64,000 nt of DNA from a virus. Below the pieces are notes generated by a model. That model worked only from the letters and a program-made list of their open reading frames with translations. It ran no database searches and was not told the origin of the DNA. How positions within the stretch are numbered: position 1 is the stretch's first letter; every line of letters begins with the position of its first letter. Below are positions 18,401 through 27,587 of this stretch, one piece after another. Made by a program: the position numbers and the translations under genes. The stretch lies in IMG/VR virus record IMGVR_UViG_3300029928_000198, one strand, 5' to 3'.

Positions 18401-19895
18401 TCTTCTGGGCTGCAGGTGCGTCGGAGCCTTCTCCGGCATCGTAGTACAGGTACCAGTATTCGGTCTGGGCCTTCCAGACCGCGTAGAGCTTGGTGGTTCC
18501 GGGGTACAGCCTTATCGTATCGCCCGGCTTGTAGTCCGCCGACGTGTCAGACGAGCTGGTTGACCACCCGAGGAAGTCATATCCGGACTTGGAGGGCTTG
18601 ACGGTGGATACGGTTGTGTCGTAGTAGCTGTCCGTGGACGAATCCGAGAACGATGTCGGTGCACCGGAGCCTCCGTTGGCGTAGTACTGCAAGGTGAAGC
18701 TGTTGTAGACCACGTCCGTCTTGACGGTTACCGTGAAGGTCTTGGTGACGCCGGAGCCGTCTCTGGCGGTTGCCTTGACGACTGCTGTACCGACTGAAAG
18801 CCCTTTGATCGTGACGGTTCCGCCCGATGTCGTATCGCCGGTGCTGGTTAAGGATATGTGCGAATCCCCGGACGAGATCGTCCAATTGACCCAGCGGTTG
18901 CTTGCCGATGTGGGGGACGATACCGCAGTCAGGACCATCGTGTCGCCGACCTTGACGGAGGAGGAACCGGTGATGGAGATCGATGTCACGGGTTCGTCCT
19001 TCTGCTGCCAGTGGGCGTAAAGCGTGGTATCACGAGTCGGAACATAACTATCGTTCGTAGTACCGACGTAAGTTCCGCCCGAAGCTTGAGTGTACCATCC
19101 GAGGAAGTTCTGGTCTGTGCGTGTCGCTGCGGGAAGGGTGAGATCGTTTCCGCCTTCCTTCCAAACGGCTGATGAAACATTGCACGAACCGCCATTGGCG
19201 TTGTATGTAACGGTGTATGCAGGAAGCACTTCTATCGTAAGTATACAGCGTATTTCGCCATAAGAGACTGCGACATTTGTAAATGTCAATGTTGAGTCGT
19301 AAGTTCCTGTTCTTGTAGGTGTACCGCTCAATGTAACAGTTTCAGAGTTTTTACTGAATGATGCAGAAACTCCCGGCGGCAAATTATCTGAACTGCCCTT
19401 TGAACCATATTTGTATGTCAAACTAACATCTTGCGAAAAATACTGATTCAGATAGACAGTTATCTTGGACGGACTGGTTTCTCCGTCCTGCAATATGCCG
19501 TAAATCGGAAGATCGTATCCGACCCCGGGAACCATCACCAGCGTGATCGTCTTCCCGTCGATCGTCATCTCCGTTGTCTTCTCCAGCACCCCGTATACCT
19601 CCGAGGTCCTGAAGTTCACGATCAGCCCCGAGCCTGCAAGCATGACCTCCAAGCCCTTGCCGTCATGGCCTTGGAAGTCTATCGAGACCGCTCCTTTCTC
19701 TATGACGTAGTAGTACGCGCCGTCCTCAAGGGCATCCCACGGTACTGTCACCCCTCCGTACGGAAGGGTGGCGGAGCCGTAGGACACAGGTTCCGCGTCC
19801 GCCTCGGCGACGGAATCCGCTATGAGGATTCCTGCCACGGACAGGACGGAGAACAGGGCCAGCGCGAACGCCAAGCGTCTTCTCTCTTTCTCCAT
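15408..19895 (-). CDS. Large adhesin-like protein with many Listeria-Bacteroides (InlB B/Flg_new) repeats, Ig-like domains, PKD and TM anchor
   Basis: More than ten YDANGG...P.REGY.F.GW...LYAVW repeats; VTSISITG Ig group 2; WTFGDG PKD; C-terminal TM; start re-called to MEKERRR. Confidence 0.92.
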   Translation of the reverse strand: MEKERRRLAFALALFSVLSVAGILIADSVAEADAEPVSYGSATLPYGGVTVPWDALEDGAYYYVIEKGAVSIDFQGHDGKGLEVMLAGSGLIVNFRTSEVYGVLEKTTEMTIDGKTITLVMVPGVGYDLPIYGILQDGETSPSKITVYLNQYFSQDVSLTYKYGSKGSSDNLPPGVSASFSKNSETVTLSGTPTRTGTYDSTLTFTNVAVSYGEIRCILTIEVLPAYTVTYNANGGSCNVSSAVWKEGGNDLTLPAATRTDQNFLGWYTQASGGTYVGTTNDSYVPTRDTTLYAHWQQKDEPVTSISITGSSSVKVGDTMVLTAVSSPTSASNRWVNWTISSGDSHISLTSTGDTTSGGTVTIKGLSVGTAVVKATARDGSGVTKTFTVTVKTDVVYNSFTLQYYANGGSGAPTSFSDSSTDSYYDTTVSTVKPSKSGYDFLGWSTSSSDTSADYKPGDTIRLYPGTTKLYAVWKAQTEYWYLYYDAGEGSDAPAAQKKLVTSGAASATFTISSTKPVREGYEFLGWTKTSGSSTASFQPGGSITIYSTPTTLYAVWKETVTEYEFNLEFDLDGGTDGPGDIHFKSEKRSYETEIPEGAPKKAGFDFRGWGESAGTDTVRYFAGDKITLSPGTKTLYAVWKQVSYVLILNVNGGNGENRTLTGYGSSGGYTFTIPSDFIPTKDGYTFAGWSTSYNGDVEYSPGGKFTCDSATLYAVWTKNVAKITYTLIYNANGGKDAPEKQTVTVDEGKEASVTLSTKEPVRDGYDFLGWSDRSDSSQPLYSKGEANVVLKSTTTELFAVWSMRSVTYMLTYNGNASDATNVPEPVTKQGYETCTFIVSTQIPVREGCLFVGWSKNPDASGIAEYKGGSTIVTSERNPIIYAVWVDDKKTWTLNFDANGGTGEPSSITEEAPGYSHTFAIPDDAPVWEDHVFLGWSTSKSATEASIAAGGEFTTSSPTSTLHAVWKETPKDSFFLNFNLMGGTDGPSAIGPFYGRGEYKTTVPAGIPKSEEGLFQGWATEPNGKVAYQPGDSIVLKPGTTTLYAKWSNDPEVTYTLNFDLMGGSNGPTPQSGKSRGQYTFTIPADIPVKEGYSFAGWADEKGGDATYQPGDSYKASLQKTTLYAVWQGDTEYRLSFKLIDGTDGPSDLVENGGLDGHEFTIPADIPVKEGYGFKGWATAEDGAADYQPGSKFKAERPGTTYLYAVWERLHIELTFRLIYDPNGGEGGPVANPVKTYGDSAKFEVPTEKPTRKGFTFLGWSDHKDGDGVNYTAGSYVFVTAKNSVDGVRTIYAVWAEGENSRVFTLILDPNGGKDAPTVEPQASSEGSVNFLLPEGKPVREGYTFVGWTESLVKPVLHQPGEIVTVYYGDDGKYTLYAYWEKEGTLKAVPEVDVKGKTISYDASESGGYAKVLWTFGDGTSSWDVKGEHTYSESGTYVVKLTVYSANDRVHSDTVSVTIEESEESSDMSGIIKAIAAIAVIAIVLILAARLLGLF

Positions 19896-20051
19896 TTCAA
19901 TCTTCTCCGAAGGAGCGTCGGGTCCCTTCGGAGATGGGATCCCGCGCCCCCGATTCGATGTCCGCATGTGAGCGGACGCGGAGTGAATCGATGGAACGGC
20001 CACTTAACTTGGAGAAAACCTTGGGAAGCATCGGAGATTGGGATTGGAGAT

Positions 20052-20076
20052 ACAAGGAATCGAAACCGCTTAAATA
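20052..20076. promoter_or_regulatory. Conserved 25-bp box, copy 2 (ACAAGGAATCGAAACCGCTTAAATA)
   Basis: See copies at 7621, 32881 and 63007. Confidence 0.65.
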
Positions 20077-20217
20077 TCGATACATGAAGTGGATGGAATA
20101 TGGCGATGCGTTCATCTGACGGGATCGGAATGAGTGTTGCATAATCCGTCGTTTCCGATTCATGGATTTCGCCAGCATGGGCTAAGGTTTGATAACCTTT
20201 GAAATGATTCCATCAGC

Positions 20218-22299
20218 GTGGACATGAACGAGACGGCGGTACGAAACGGTGCTTCGCAGATGGCCGATCTGACATTATTCATCGAACGGGATGCCGGGAT
20301 GCCCGAACGGGGCCTAATAGACCTAACATCCGAGCACGTACGGAACGTGCTTCCTTCGCTGCTGAAGGACAGGACCACCAAGGGCAATATCGTCTGGGGG
20401 ACGGATGCGTACGCGGACCTCGGGTACGGGTGCTCCGACTTCATCTCACCCGAGGCCTTCAGAACAGGAATCCCCGTCCGCCTCAAGGCCAGAACGGAGA
20501 AGACCGACTCCGAGCAGCTTTCCAGAACCCGCGGGAAGGCCGAGGTCTTCACGCCCGGATGGATCTGCAACAGGATGAACAACCACTGCGATTCCGAATG
20601 GTTCGGACGCGAAGACGTCTTCAATGTCGATAACGGCGACGGGACTTGGACCGCCACCGAGGGGAAGATCGCATTCCCGGAGGGGAAGACATGGAAGGAA
20701 TACGTCGATTCCCGCCGCTTGGAGATCACCTGCGGGGAAGCACCGTTCCTCGTTTCAAGGTACGACGCATCCACCGGCGAACCCATCCTTCTAGGCATGC
20801 GCATCGGGATGTTCGACAGGAAGATGAGGGTGGTTGACGAGAACGCGACCTCCGAGGAGGAGTGGATGGAGTGGGCCGTCAGAGCACTCCAGTCCTGCTA
20901 CGGCTACGAGTTCCAAGGAGACAGCCTGCTGATCGCCAGAGTGAACCTTCTGGAATCATTCGTCGATTACTGCATGGACCGCCTCGGGCATGCGCCCGAC
21001 GAGAAGACGGTTTCGCATATTGCCAACATAATCTCGTGGAACCTCTGGCAGATGGACGGGCTTAGGTATTGCCCGCCGTATGCGGTCATGCCCGCGGTTC
21101 AGTTCGACCTTTCGATGTTCGGTCCGGATTCGGGAACGGCCTCGAACGAGAAGGTCCCGTTCCATTCTAAGATATACGATTGGAGACGCGACAATTCGGT
21201 CGCTTTCATCAAATGCAGAAAGAGGGGGAAAATGGACAGGAAGCTATTCGACTATGTGATTGGAAATCCGCCGTATCAGGAGACTCAAAAGGATACTAGC
21301 GATATACCGATTTACAATTTCTTTATGGACGCAGCCTATGATGTAGGAGATCATGTAATTCTAATCACGCCGGGACGCTTCCTTTTTGGTGCTGGAAAAA
21401 CCCCGAAAAGCTGGAACCAAAAAATGCTATCAGACTCGCACTTGAAAGTACTAAAATATGCATCTGATTCAAAATCCGTATTTCCAGCGAATGATATTAA
21501 AGGGGGCGTCGCAATAACATACCGCGACTCACACAGAACTATTGGCCCCATAGGTATCTTCACGGCTTTTCCCGAACTCAACTCGATTTGTAAAAAAGTA
21601 ACTTCCAGCAATGGCTTCAAATCCTTTTCCGATTTGATTTATGCTCCTGAAAGTTACAAATTCTCAAATAAAATGCTGGAAGATTACCCCGAGATATTGT
21701 ACAAAGACGATGGCAACGGAAACAACTTGGGAATATTGAGCGAAGGACATGACAACGACCTTGTAACTAACATTTTTGATAAACTTGAGGGAATTGTTTT
21801 CTTTAGTTCTGTTATCGACTCGAATCATTCCTATGTTCGTATAATCGGAAGGAAAAACAATACAAGAACGAGTATGTTTATCGACAGGGACTATGTAATC
21901 GGTCCAAATAATTTTCCATCATACAAGGTCATCTTACCTAAATCCAATGGTTCTGGCGCAATCGGAGAAGTGCTTAGTACACCCCTGATCGGGGAACCCC
22001 TGATCGGACATACTCAAACATTCATAAGCATAGGTAATTTTGCTACCAGATTAGAAGCAGAAAATGCAATAAAGTATATCAAGTCAAAATTCGCAAGAGT
22101 GATGCTGGGAATAAAAAAAGTCACTCAGGACAATAAGAAAGATGTGTGGGTTTTTGTTCCCGTTCAGGACTTTACAAACAACTCCGACATAGATTGGTCC
22201 GACAGCATCCGTGGCATCGACCTCCAGCTCTACCGCAAGTACAACCTTACCCCGGATGAGGTAAAATTCATCGAATCCCACGTGAAGGAGATGGATTGA
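20218..22299 (+). CDS. Eco57I-like N6-adenine DNA methyltransferase with low-GC target-recognition region
   Basis: EVFTP, LEITCGEAPFL (motif I), IGNPPY (motif IV), ITPGRF. Confidence 0.9.
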   Translation: MDMNETAVRNGASQMADLTLFIERDAGMPERGLIDLTSEHVRNVLPSLLKDRTTKGNIVWGTDAYADLGYGCSDFISPEAFRTGIPVRLKARTEKTDSEQLSRTRGKAEVFTPGWICNRMNNHCDSEWFGREDVFNVDNGDGTWTATEGKIAFPEGKTWKEYVDSRRLEITCGEAPFLVSRYDASTGEPILLGMRIGMFDRKMRVVDENATSEEEWMEWAVRALQSCYGYEFQGDSLLIARVNLLESFVDYCMDRLGHAPDEKTVSHIANIISWNLWQMDGLRYCPPYAVMPAVQFDLSMFGPDSGTASNEKVPFHSKIYDWRRDNSVAFIKCRKRGKMDRKLFDYVIGNPPYQETQKDTSDIPIYNFFMDAAYDVGDHVILITPGRFLFGAGKTPKSWNQKMLSDSHLKVLKYASDSKSVFPANDIKGGVAITYRDSHRTIGPIGIFTAFPELNSICKKVTSSNGFKSFSDLIYAPESYKFSNKMLEDYPEILYKDDGNGNNLGILSEGHDNDLVTNIFDKLEGIVFFSSVIDSNHSYVRIIGRKNNTRTSMFIDRDYVIGPNNFPSYKVILPKSNGSGAIGEVLSTPLIGEPLIGHTQTFISIGNFATRLEAENAIKYIKSKFARVMLGIKKVTQDNKKDVWVFVPVQDFTNNSDIDWSDSIRGIDLQLYRKYNLTPDEVKFIESHVKEMD

Positions 22300-22300
22300 C

Positions 22301-25300
22301 ATGCCCGCGATCCCCATCGATCCTGTATGCGTACGCCATCCGATGATCTACGCCTATACGACGCCCGGAGTCGCCAACAACGACGGATGGGTCAAGATAG
22401 GCTACACCGACCGCGACCCCGACCAGCGCATCAGAGAGCAGACGCACACCGCAGGCATCGTCGCCAAGAGGGAATGGTCCAGCACAGCCATCTACGATTC
22501 CCAATGGAAGCCTTTCAGGGACACCGACTTCCACAGATACCTCCGCTGCAAGGGCGTGGAGCAGCGCGCGGGGACCGAATGGTTCAGGATGGCTCCAGAT
22601 GTCGCCAAATAGTGTCTGAGACACTTCAAGGACAAGGACGGATGCGCCACGGGCGACGGCCCCGCGCCGTACACGCTACGCAAGGAGCAGCAGGCGGCGG
22701 TGGATGCCGCCGAGAGGTACTTCGAATCCAACGAGCATGGCCAGTTCCTCTGGAATGCCAAGCCCCGCTTCGGGAAGACCTTGGCATCCTACGACCTATG
22801 CAAGACCCTCGATGCCAAGAAGGTCCTCATAGTCACCAACCGTCCGGCGATAGCCGATTCATGGTACAGCGACTACGAGAAGTTCCTCGGCCCGTCATCC
22901 GGATACACGTTCGTATCCACCATCAACGGAATCAGAGGCTGCAGATATGTCAGGGACACGGCCGATTTTCCGAACCCCGATTCCAAGATCATCAACTTCG
23001 TCAGCCTTCAGGACCTCAAAGGTTCGCTCCACTTCGGCGGGAATTACGACAAGCTCCGGTACATCAAGGATACGGCATGGGACCTCCTAATCATCGACGA
23101 GGCCCACGAGGGCGTGGACACGTTCAAGACCGACGTCGCCTTCGATCGGATAGACCGCAGATGGACCCTACATCTTTCCGGTACGCCCTTCAAGGCCATC
23201 GCCAGCGACAAGTTCGGTAAGGACGCGGTCTTCAACTGGACCTACGCGGACGAGCAGGAGGCGAAGAGGGAATGGGAAGAGAACTCCGAGAGCTGCAACC
23301 CGTACGGGAATCTTCCGGAACTAACCATGTTCACCTACCGCATGTCGGACATGATAGCCGACAAGGTCGGAGCCGGCATACCGATCGACGGAGAGAACAC
23401 GGACTACGCCTTCGACCTCAACGAGTTCTTCGCCACCGACGGGAAGGGAAGCTTCATCCACGATTCCGATGTGGACAGATTCCTCGATGCGCTGACGACT
23501 CAGGACAGATACCCCTATTCCACGGAGGAACTCAGGGACAAGATGGCCCATACGCTATGGCTGATGGACCGCGTGGATGGGGCTAAGAGGCTGGCCTCGA
23601 AGCTTAGGAACCACCCCGTGTTCGGACAATATACGATCGTCGAAGCGGTCGGCGACTTCAACGACGACGGAAGCAGGGCCAAGAGCGCACTGGAGAAGGT
23701 CCGCAAGGCTATCAGGAACAGCAACAGGACCATAACCCTCACCGTGGGCCAGCTCACCACCGGAGTCACCGTCCCCGAATGGACGGGCGTTCTGATGCTT
23801 TCCAACGTGAAGAGCGCATCCCTGTACATGCAGACCGCATTCAGGGCGCAGACGCCTTGGGAATTCCAAACGAAGGACGGCGTATGCAGGAAGGAGAACG
23901 CCTATGTCTTCGACTTCGACCCGGCAAGGACGCTGGACATCTACGAGCAGTTCGCAAACGACCTGTACAGCGACACCTCCGCAGGAAGAGGGGATTCCGG
24001 CAAGAGGAAGGAGAACGTCCGCAAGCTGCTGAACTTCTTCCCCGTCATAGGAGAGGACGAGGACGGGGCGATGATCGAGCTGGATGCCGAGAAGGTCCTT
24101 TCCATCCCCCGTGCGCTCCGCTCCAAGCAGGTGGTCCGCAGGGGATTCATATGCGACTTCCTCTTCCAGAACGTCACCAACGTCTTCCATGCGTCTCCGA
24201 AGGTATGGGACATCATCGGGATGATGCCCGCAGTGAGCAGGGACGAGGCCCTTAACCTAGATCGCACGGATGCCATGTCGGTCGATCTGGACGAGAACGG
24301 GGAAGTCGTCGTCGATAAGGCGGGCGTGATAGGCCTTTCCAAGGAGCTTTTCGGCGACAAGATATACGAGACCGATGCCGACGACCTTTTCCGGATACTC
24401 GAAGAGAAGGCCGACGGCCCCAAGTCCGCCGAAGACGTCAGGCTTGAGAAGATAATGGATTGCTTCCATCGGGACGTCACCGCCCCGATGATCGACATAG
24501 CCTCGGAGAAGTTCGAGAAGGATCTGAACAGGAGGACCAAGGGCCATCTGGAGAAATACATCGACCTGCAAGCCGAGAACCGCTTCCGCAAGGCCCTGAA
24601 GGAGCATTCCATCAACGAGCGCACGCTCAATTCAGAGATGGAGAAGGAGATCGACTCCGCCCGCGGCGATTCCGCCAAGGAGGAGGTCCGGCGCAGATAC
24701 GACGAACTCATCAAGGAGAACAATCGCAACTTCACCGATGCCGCCAACGAGATATGGAACTCGGCGGCGGAGGATGCCGGGAACTGCATCGTGGAGAAGG
24801 TGGAGACCGACAGGAAGGAGAAGACCAAGAAGGAGGTCAGCGAAGGCATCAGGAACCACCTCAGGGGCTTCAGCAGGACGATACCGTCCTTCCTGATGGC
24901 CTACGGCTCCGAAGCGGACATAACGCTGGCCAACATCGATACGATCGTCCCTCCGGATGTCTTCAAGGAGGTGGCATCCATCTCGGTGGAGGACTTCCGC
25001 CTGCTGCGCGACGGAGGAGAGATGATCGGGGATGACGGGATGTCGGAGCATTTCGACGGGCATCTCTTCGACGAAACGGTGTTCAACGACTCCGTGAAGG
25101 AGTTCATGGCCCTCAGGATACGTCTGGCCGATTACTTCGCCAACGATGCGGAGGACATCTTCGACTACATCCCTCCGCAGAGGAACAACCAGATATTCAC
25201 CCCCAAGCACGTGGTGAAGCAGATGGTCGATATGCTGGAGAAGGAGAATCCCGGGTGCTTCGACGACGATTCCGCCACATTCGCGGACCTGTACATGAAA

Positions 25301-25585
25301 TCGGGCCTGTATGTGGCGGAGATAGTCCGCAGGCTGTACAACAGCCCCGGGATCGCAAGGAAGCACCCTGACAGAGAGGAAAGGCTGAGGCATATATTCG
25401 CCCATCAGGTGTTCGGTCTGGCTCCTTCGGAGATCATCCATAGGATCGTGCTGTCGTATGTTCTAGGGTTCGCGGAGAACGGGAAGAGGATGGAGCACAA
25501 CCTCCGGCGGGGGGACCTGCTGGCCATGGGATCGGGGGAAGAACTCAGGAAGAATCTGATCGAGATGTTCCCCGCATTGAAGTAA
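22301..25585 (+). CDS. Restriction endonuclease-helicase (GIY-YIG/T5orf172 + SF2 DEAD helicase + MTase-like C-terminal fragment), one ORF interrupted by an in-frame TAG at 22610-22612
   Basis: Track ORFs 22301-22612 and 22700-25585 share a frame; only the TAG separates them; the intervening codons encode YTLRKEQ; Walker A AKPRFGKT, DEAH. Confidence 0.85.
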
Positions 25586-25687
25586 GGAGCAGCCTATCCG
25601 CTGCGCCCGGCCGTGCTGGATGGGGCGTGGCGGTCTTTTGTAAACATGGTGCAGAAGAGCCATCCCCAGAAGGGGATGCAAAAGGTT

Positions 25688-26527
25688 TCAACTGCGGTAA
25701 TCGAAGACGGTCAAGACATCATACCCGTTGTACTTCTGCATATAGCCTGCAAGCGTTCCATCCTTGAGGAGGTAGTAGACGTTCCCGTTCGAATCCTCGA
25801 AACCATAGCCTTGAACCTGTCCGCTGGAGAGCTTGATGTACATGTCGTTACAGTCCTTCATGCTCTGCAAGAAAGGATTGTGGGCGGCCATGCTTTCCTT
25901 GACGCTCATGTAGCCCGGCATCGGTACTGGATCGGGTACTACGATCTCTTCTCCGCCGTTAATGTGTATCGTCGGACGCTTGATCGTCACTCCTGAACCC
26001 CAGTCCTCATTCGGTTCCTTGACCGTGGTGTTCGAGTTCTTGTTCACCAGCCTTCCGTCGTCGAATGTTATCTGGGCTTCAGTCCAGTACTCTGTTCCGT
26101 CATCGAGCTTGATGCCGCCGGAGAGATGATAGATTCCATCGAGGGCTTTGGCGTTGACCTTGTCTATCTTGCCGTTATCGCTCCTCCCATCATCTCTATC
26201 GCCATAGTCGGTGAGCACTCCCGAATAGCATACCAGCACTATGACGAGAGCAAGTACGACGCAAACGGCGAATCCCTTCTTCATCGTCGCAGTCAATTCA
26301 TTCATCGGTACGGAGTTGCTGGTCGCGACCTCAGGAGCCGGCTTCAGTGAAGCGGCGGCTCCGAACTTCCTTCCGCATTTATCGCAGAATTTGGCGTCGG
26401 AAAGATTCTCGGTACCGCAGATGGGACAGGTTATCTTCTCCTCGACGGGATCTAGACGCGCACCGCATTCGCGACACATCGTGGCATCGTCGCGGTTGTC
26501 CCTCCCGCATTTCGGACAATTCTTCAT
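25688..26527 (-). CDS. Double zinc-ribbon membrane protein, paralog A
   Basis: CPKC..CREC and CPIC..CDKC, central TM helix, extracellular domain. Confidence 0.85.
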   Translation of the reverse strand: MKNCPKCGRDNRDDATMCRECGARLDPVEEKITCPICGTENLSDAKFCDKCGRKFGAAASLKPAPEVATSNSVPMNELTATMKKGFAVCVVLALVIVLVCYSGVLTDYGDRDDGRSDNGKIDKVNAKALDGIYHLSGGIKLDDGTEYWTEAQITFDDGRLVNKNSNTTVKEPNEDWGSGVTIKRPTIHINGGEEIVVPDPVPMPGYMSVKESMAAHNPFLQSMKDCNDMYIKLSSGQVQGYGFEDSNGNVYYLLKDGTLAGYMQKYNGYDVLTVFDYRS

Positions 26528-26576
26528 TTATCCACCTTATTCTAAGGATGTTGAACTTTCGATTTAAGCGCTGCGA
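26514..26576. repeat. 63-bp perfect direct repeat (promoter, RBS and first codons), copy 1
   Basis: Identical to 27493-27555. Confidence 0.9.
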
Positions 26577-26654
26577 CATGAATGCTGGTCATTAAGTAAA
26601 ACAAAAAACGAAAGGAAAACATCCCTGATGGGATGTAAGGTGTTTTAGAAGCAA

Positions 26655-27506
26655 TCAGCCCTTGCGGTCATAAATTGTTGTGATTTTCACGTTCTCGTAA
26701 CTGAATGTGTAAGCCAGAAGCCTTCCGTCCTTGTTTACATAGTACTTGTTTCCATCCGAATCCTGGAATCCATACGCTTCCAGAGTGGAATAGTCATTGA
26801 TCTTGACCAGCTTGTCACCGCAGTGACTCATTCTGGAAAGGAACGGATTGTGATCGATGATGCTATCCATTGTAGAAACATGACCGGGATTCGGAGGCTC
26901 GGAGATCACATATTCCGTCCCATCGTGCATCGTGACGATGGGACGTGTGATGTCTATTCCGGATTCCCATTGTCCGTTAGGCTCCTTCACAGATGTGCTT
27001 ATATTCTTCTCTACGAGCTTGCCGTTGTCGAACTCGATTATTGCATTGGACCAGTATTCTGTTCCATCCTCAGCTCTGACACCGCCTGAAAGATAAAATG
27101 ATCCATCCAATGGCTTTGCATTCACGGTATCAATCAGACCAGAGCCGCCCCCATTCGAATCATCATCAGACCCGTTGGACAACATGCCTGAACCGAGTAT
27201 GGCTGCCAAGGCCAGAATAACAACCGCCACGACAGCAATCGCAACCCCGTTTTTACTTTCCTTACCGGCGTTGGGGGCCGAATCACGCTTCTGTTGTTGA
27301 GTTTCGTTCTTTTCCGTGACTGCGACATTCGGAGTGTTGAACGATTTACCGCATTTATCACAGAACTTCGATCCAGCGACATTTTCAGTTCCGCAAGATG
27401 AACAGATTAGCCGCTTCTCCGATGGAGATTCAAATTTGATTCCGCATTCGCGACACATGATTGCATCGTCGCGGTTCTCCCCTCCACATTTGGGACAATT
27501 CTTCAT
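26655..27506 (-). CDS. Double zinc-ribbon membrane protein, paralog B
   Basis: Same N-terminus MKNCPKCG and same layout as paralog A; lower GC. Confidence 0.85.
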   Translation of the reverse strand: MKNCPKCGGENRDDAIMCRECGIKFESPSEKRLICSSCGTENVAGSKFCDKCGKSFNTPNVAVTEKNETQQQKRDSAPNAGKESKNGVAIAVVAVVILALAAILGSGMLSNGSDDDSNGGGSGLIDTVNAKPLDGSFYLSGGVRAEDGTEYWSNAIIEFDNGKLVEKNISTSVKEPNGQWESGIDITRPIVTMHDGTEYVISEPPNPGHVSTMDSIIDHNPFLSRMSHCGDKLVKINDYSTLEAYGFQDSDGNKYYVNKDGRLLAYTFSYENVKITTIYDRKG

Positions 27507-27555
27507 TTATCCACCTTATTCTAAGGATGTTGAACTTTCGATTTAAGCGCTGCGA
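27493..27555. repeat. 63-bp perfect direct repeat, copy 2
   Basis: GGACAATTCTTCAT...TTTAAGCGCTGCGA. Confidence 0.9.
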
Positions 27556-27587
27556 TATAAGAGGTTTGGAAGAAGTTTGTCGAACGG

